Assembly (NCBI GenBank): GCA_047495785.1
Contig: JBLDXI010000081.1
Span: 35,582-99,581, forward strand
From: Lepidodermella squamata
Lineage: Eukaryota > Animalia > Gastrotricha
Length of the DNA stretch: 64,000 nt
Direction: 5' to 3'
In this document: piece by piece, positions 63,703 through 64,000 of the stretch
Layout of the letters: each line of letters opens with the position of its first letter
How positions within the stretch are numbered: position 1 is the stretch's first letter
The notes under the pieces: generated by a model
Told to the model about the DNA's origin: nothing
The model's database searches: none
Seen by the model: only the letters and a program-made list of their open reading frames with translations
Program-made: the position numbers and the translations under genes

Positions 63703-64000
63703 AAAGCCAAGTCATTAAAGCTATTTTCTTATTTTCAGATGATTTTTCAAATTGTCGAGTCGATTGGAAAGTGGGACATTCTCGCGCGAGCGTAGCCATC
63801 GTAGTATGCGTCAACACGGCGAGCGTGACAAAGCGACACCAGCGTCGACCACAACCGGCACCACCACCAGCCTTAGCAACTCGAGGCGTGTTAGGCGGGT
63901 AACAAGGATTGCTAATCGAATAACAGGTTGACGAGTGAACTGGCTCCCATAGCAAGCGTCAAGATACAGTCAGCATGTCCCAGCCATCGGTAATAATTTT

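Larger units (their letters stand above)
57700..64000 (+). repeat. Locally duplicated unit containing a ~250-285-bp exon-like module (57966-58229, 59948-60231, 61735-61986, 63739-63989)
   Basis: Shared sequence (TTGAAAAGTGGGACATTCTCGCGC...CGGCGAGCGTGACA...GGTTGACGAG) bounded by ttttcag| and |gtaa; upstream intron-like sequence is also shared. Confidence 0.75.

Overview
Eukaryotic (invertebrate animal) genomic DNA with many short GT-AG introns; the species cannot be identified from sequence alone. Positions 1-49 kb are a gene-dense, almost entirely minus-strand, tandemly duplicated cluster. It holds 8 copies (5 apparently intact, 3 pseudogenes) of a divergent Cys-loop ligand-gated ion channel subunit that lacks the nicotinic loop-C cysteines and loop-B Trp and has almost no intracellular domain. 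It also holds two copies of a cassette [4-Cys-repeat + lectin-fold protein -> trypsin-like protease with C-terminal sushi domains -> ankyrin protein], an astacin-EGF-CUB-kringle-2xCTL metalloprotease (plus a 5' partial duplicate), and one plus-strand prolyl 4-hydroxylase alpha-like gene. Transposon debris is scattered throughout: two non-LTR RT fragments, P-like and pogo/Tc1-like MITEs with TSDs, and a Helentron-like element. Positions 49-64 kb have no convincing host protein gene but contain a repeated non-coding exon-like module. Gene models were spliced by eye and exon boundaries are inferred; no database searches were run.
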